A stretch of 64,000 nucleotides of DNA. Origin: Octopus sinensis. Taxonomy: Eukaryota. The position numbers and the translations under genes are program-made. Under the pieces are notes generated by a model. That model worked only from the letters and a program-made list of their open reading frames with translations. It had not been told where the DNA came from and did not search any database. The stretch is from positions 2,790,001-2,854,000 of the forward strand of contig NC_043019.1 of the NCBI RefSeq assembly GCF_006345805.1, read 5' to 3'. This document shows positions 63,158-64,000 of the stretch, in pieces; positions within the stretch are counted from its first letter, which is position 1, and each line of letters begins with the position of its first letter.

Positions 63158-63460
63158 TTCGCACGTAAAAAGCACCATCCAATCATGGCCATTGCCAGCC
63201 TTGTCTGGCTTCCGTACCGGTGGCACGTAAAAGGCACCACCCGATCGTGGCCGTTTGCCAGCCTCGTCTGGCATGTAAAAAGCACCCACTACACTCATGG
63301 AGTGGTTGGCGTTAGGAAGGGCATCCAGCCATAGAAACACTGCCAGATCAGACTGGTCCTGGTGCAGCCTCCTGGCTTCCCAGACCCCAGTTGAACCGTC
63401 CAACCCATGCTAGCATGGAAAGCGAACGTTAAATGATGATGACGATGATGATGATGATGG
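63158..63460 (+). mobile_element. RTE 3' tail
   Basis: gtaaaaagcaccatcc...gcgaacgttaaatgatgatg. Confidence 0.85.
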
Positions 63461-63461
63461 T

Positions 63462-63890
63462 AAACCAGGGATCATACTCAAATAATTTTCAGTATGTTTT
63501 ATTGATCATTCCTAGGGCTCCTACAATCACTAGTGTTGTAACCGCCTTGAGATACTACATTTTTCCGATTTCAATGAACAAATCTTTACATTTTCTTAGC
63601 TTGTCAAATTCTTTTGCTGAGATATCATGATCACAAGGAATATTTATGTCGATCAATAAACAGACTTCATTATTTCGGTCTTTTGCAACAATATCTGGTT
63701 TATTAGTTTTGATAGTTCTGTCTGTGTGTACTGGTAAGTCCCAAAGAACTGTTACATTTTCTCCCTCAGGTACAGCTTCAGCGTAGTGTTTCTACCACTT
63801 GTCAACAGTTTTGATTTTATAATGCTGACATATTAACCAGTGTAGATATTGGCCAACTCTGTCATGTCTTGATTTATACTCTACTGGTGC
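63462..63890 (-). pseudogene. R4/Dong-like non-LTR retrotransposon, restriction-like endonuclease remnant
   Basis: YKSRHDRVGQYLHWLIC...VLWD...TDRTIKTNKPDIV...CLLIDINIP...KEFDKL...VIVGALG; two in-frame stops. Confidence 0.85.
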
Positions 63891-64000
63891 TAATGATTAT
63901 TATTATTTCTATTTCCCATTATTTTTATTATTGTTACTATTTCACATTATTATTATTATTATTATTATTCCTTCTTTCTTCAAATTTTCTTCCGTTTCTC

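Overview
AT-rich, microsatellite-laden eukaryotic DNA with no confidently callable host exon. The repeat families suggest a cephalopod, probably Octopus (inference from recall, not a database match), in an intronic or intergenic region. Contents: (1) dozens of copies of three tRNA-headed SINE families, called A, B and C here; (2) a near full-length but frameshifted RTE LINE (about 23.9-29.9 kb) whose 3' UTR is amplified about 8-fold in tandem, plus many 5'-truncated RTE tails; (3) remnants of CR1/L2, R4/Dong-like, Penelope GIY-YIG, Tc1 and hAT elements, and TTAA- and TA-flanked MITEs; (4) an 8 x 166-bp tandem array. The strongest signal is a set of minimal type I hammerhead-ribozyme motifs in Penelope-like non-autonomous elements that sit as outward-facing inverted pairs. 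One is a 3.2-kb foldback (45.2-48.5 kb) with about 785-bp, about 99% identical arms, inserted into the (TA)n linker of a SINE. The other is an inverted dimer of a tRNA-headed, hammerhead-tailed SINE with an 18-bp target duplication (32.1-32.6 kb). Most short ORFs in the supplied track are microsatellite or SINE artefacts. Coordinates were counted by eye, and repeat boundaries are approximate.
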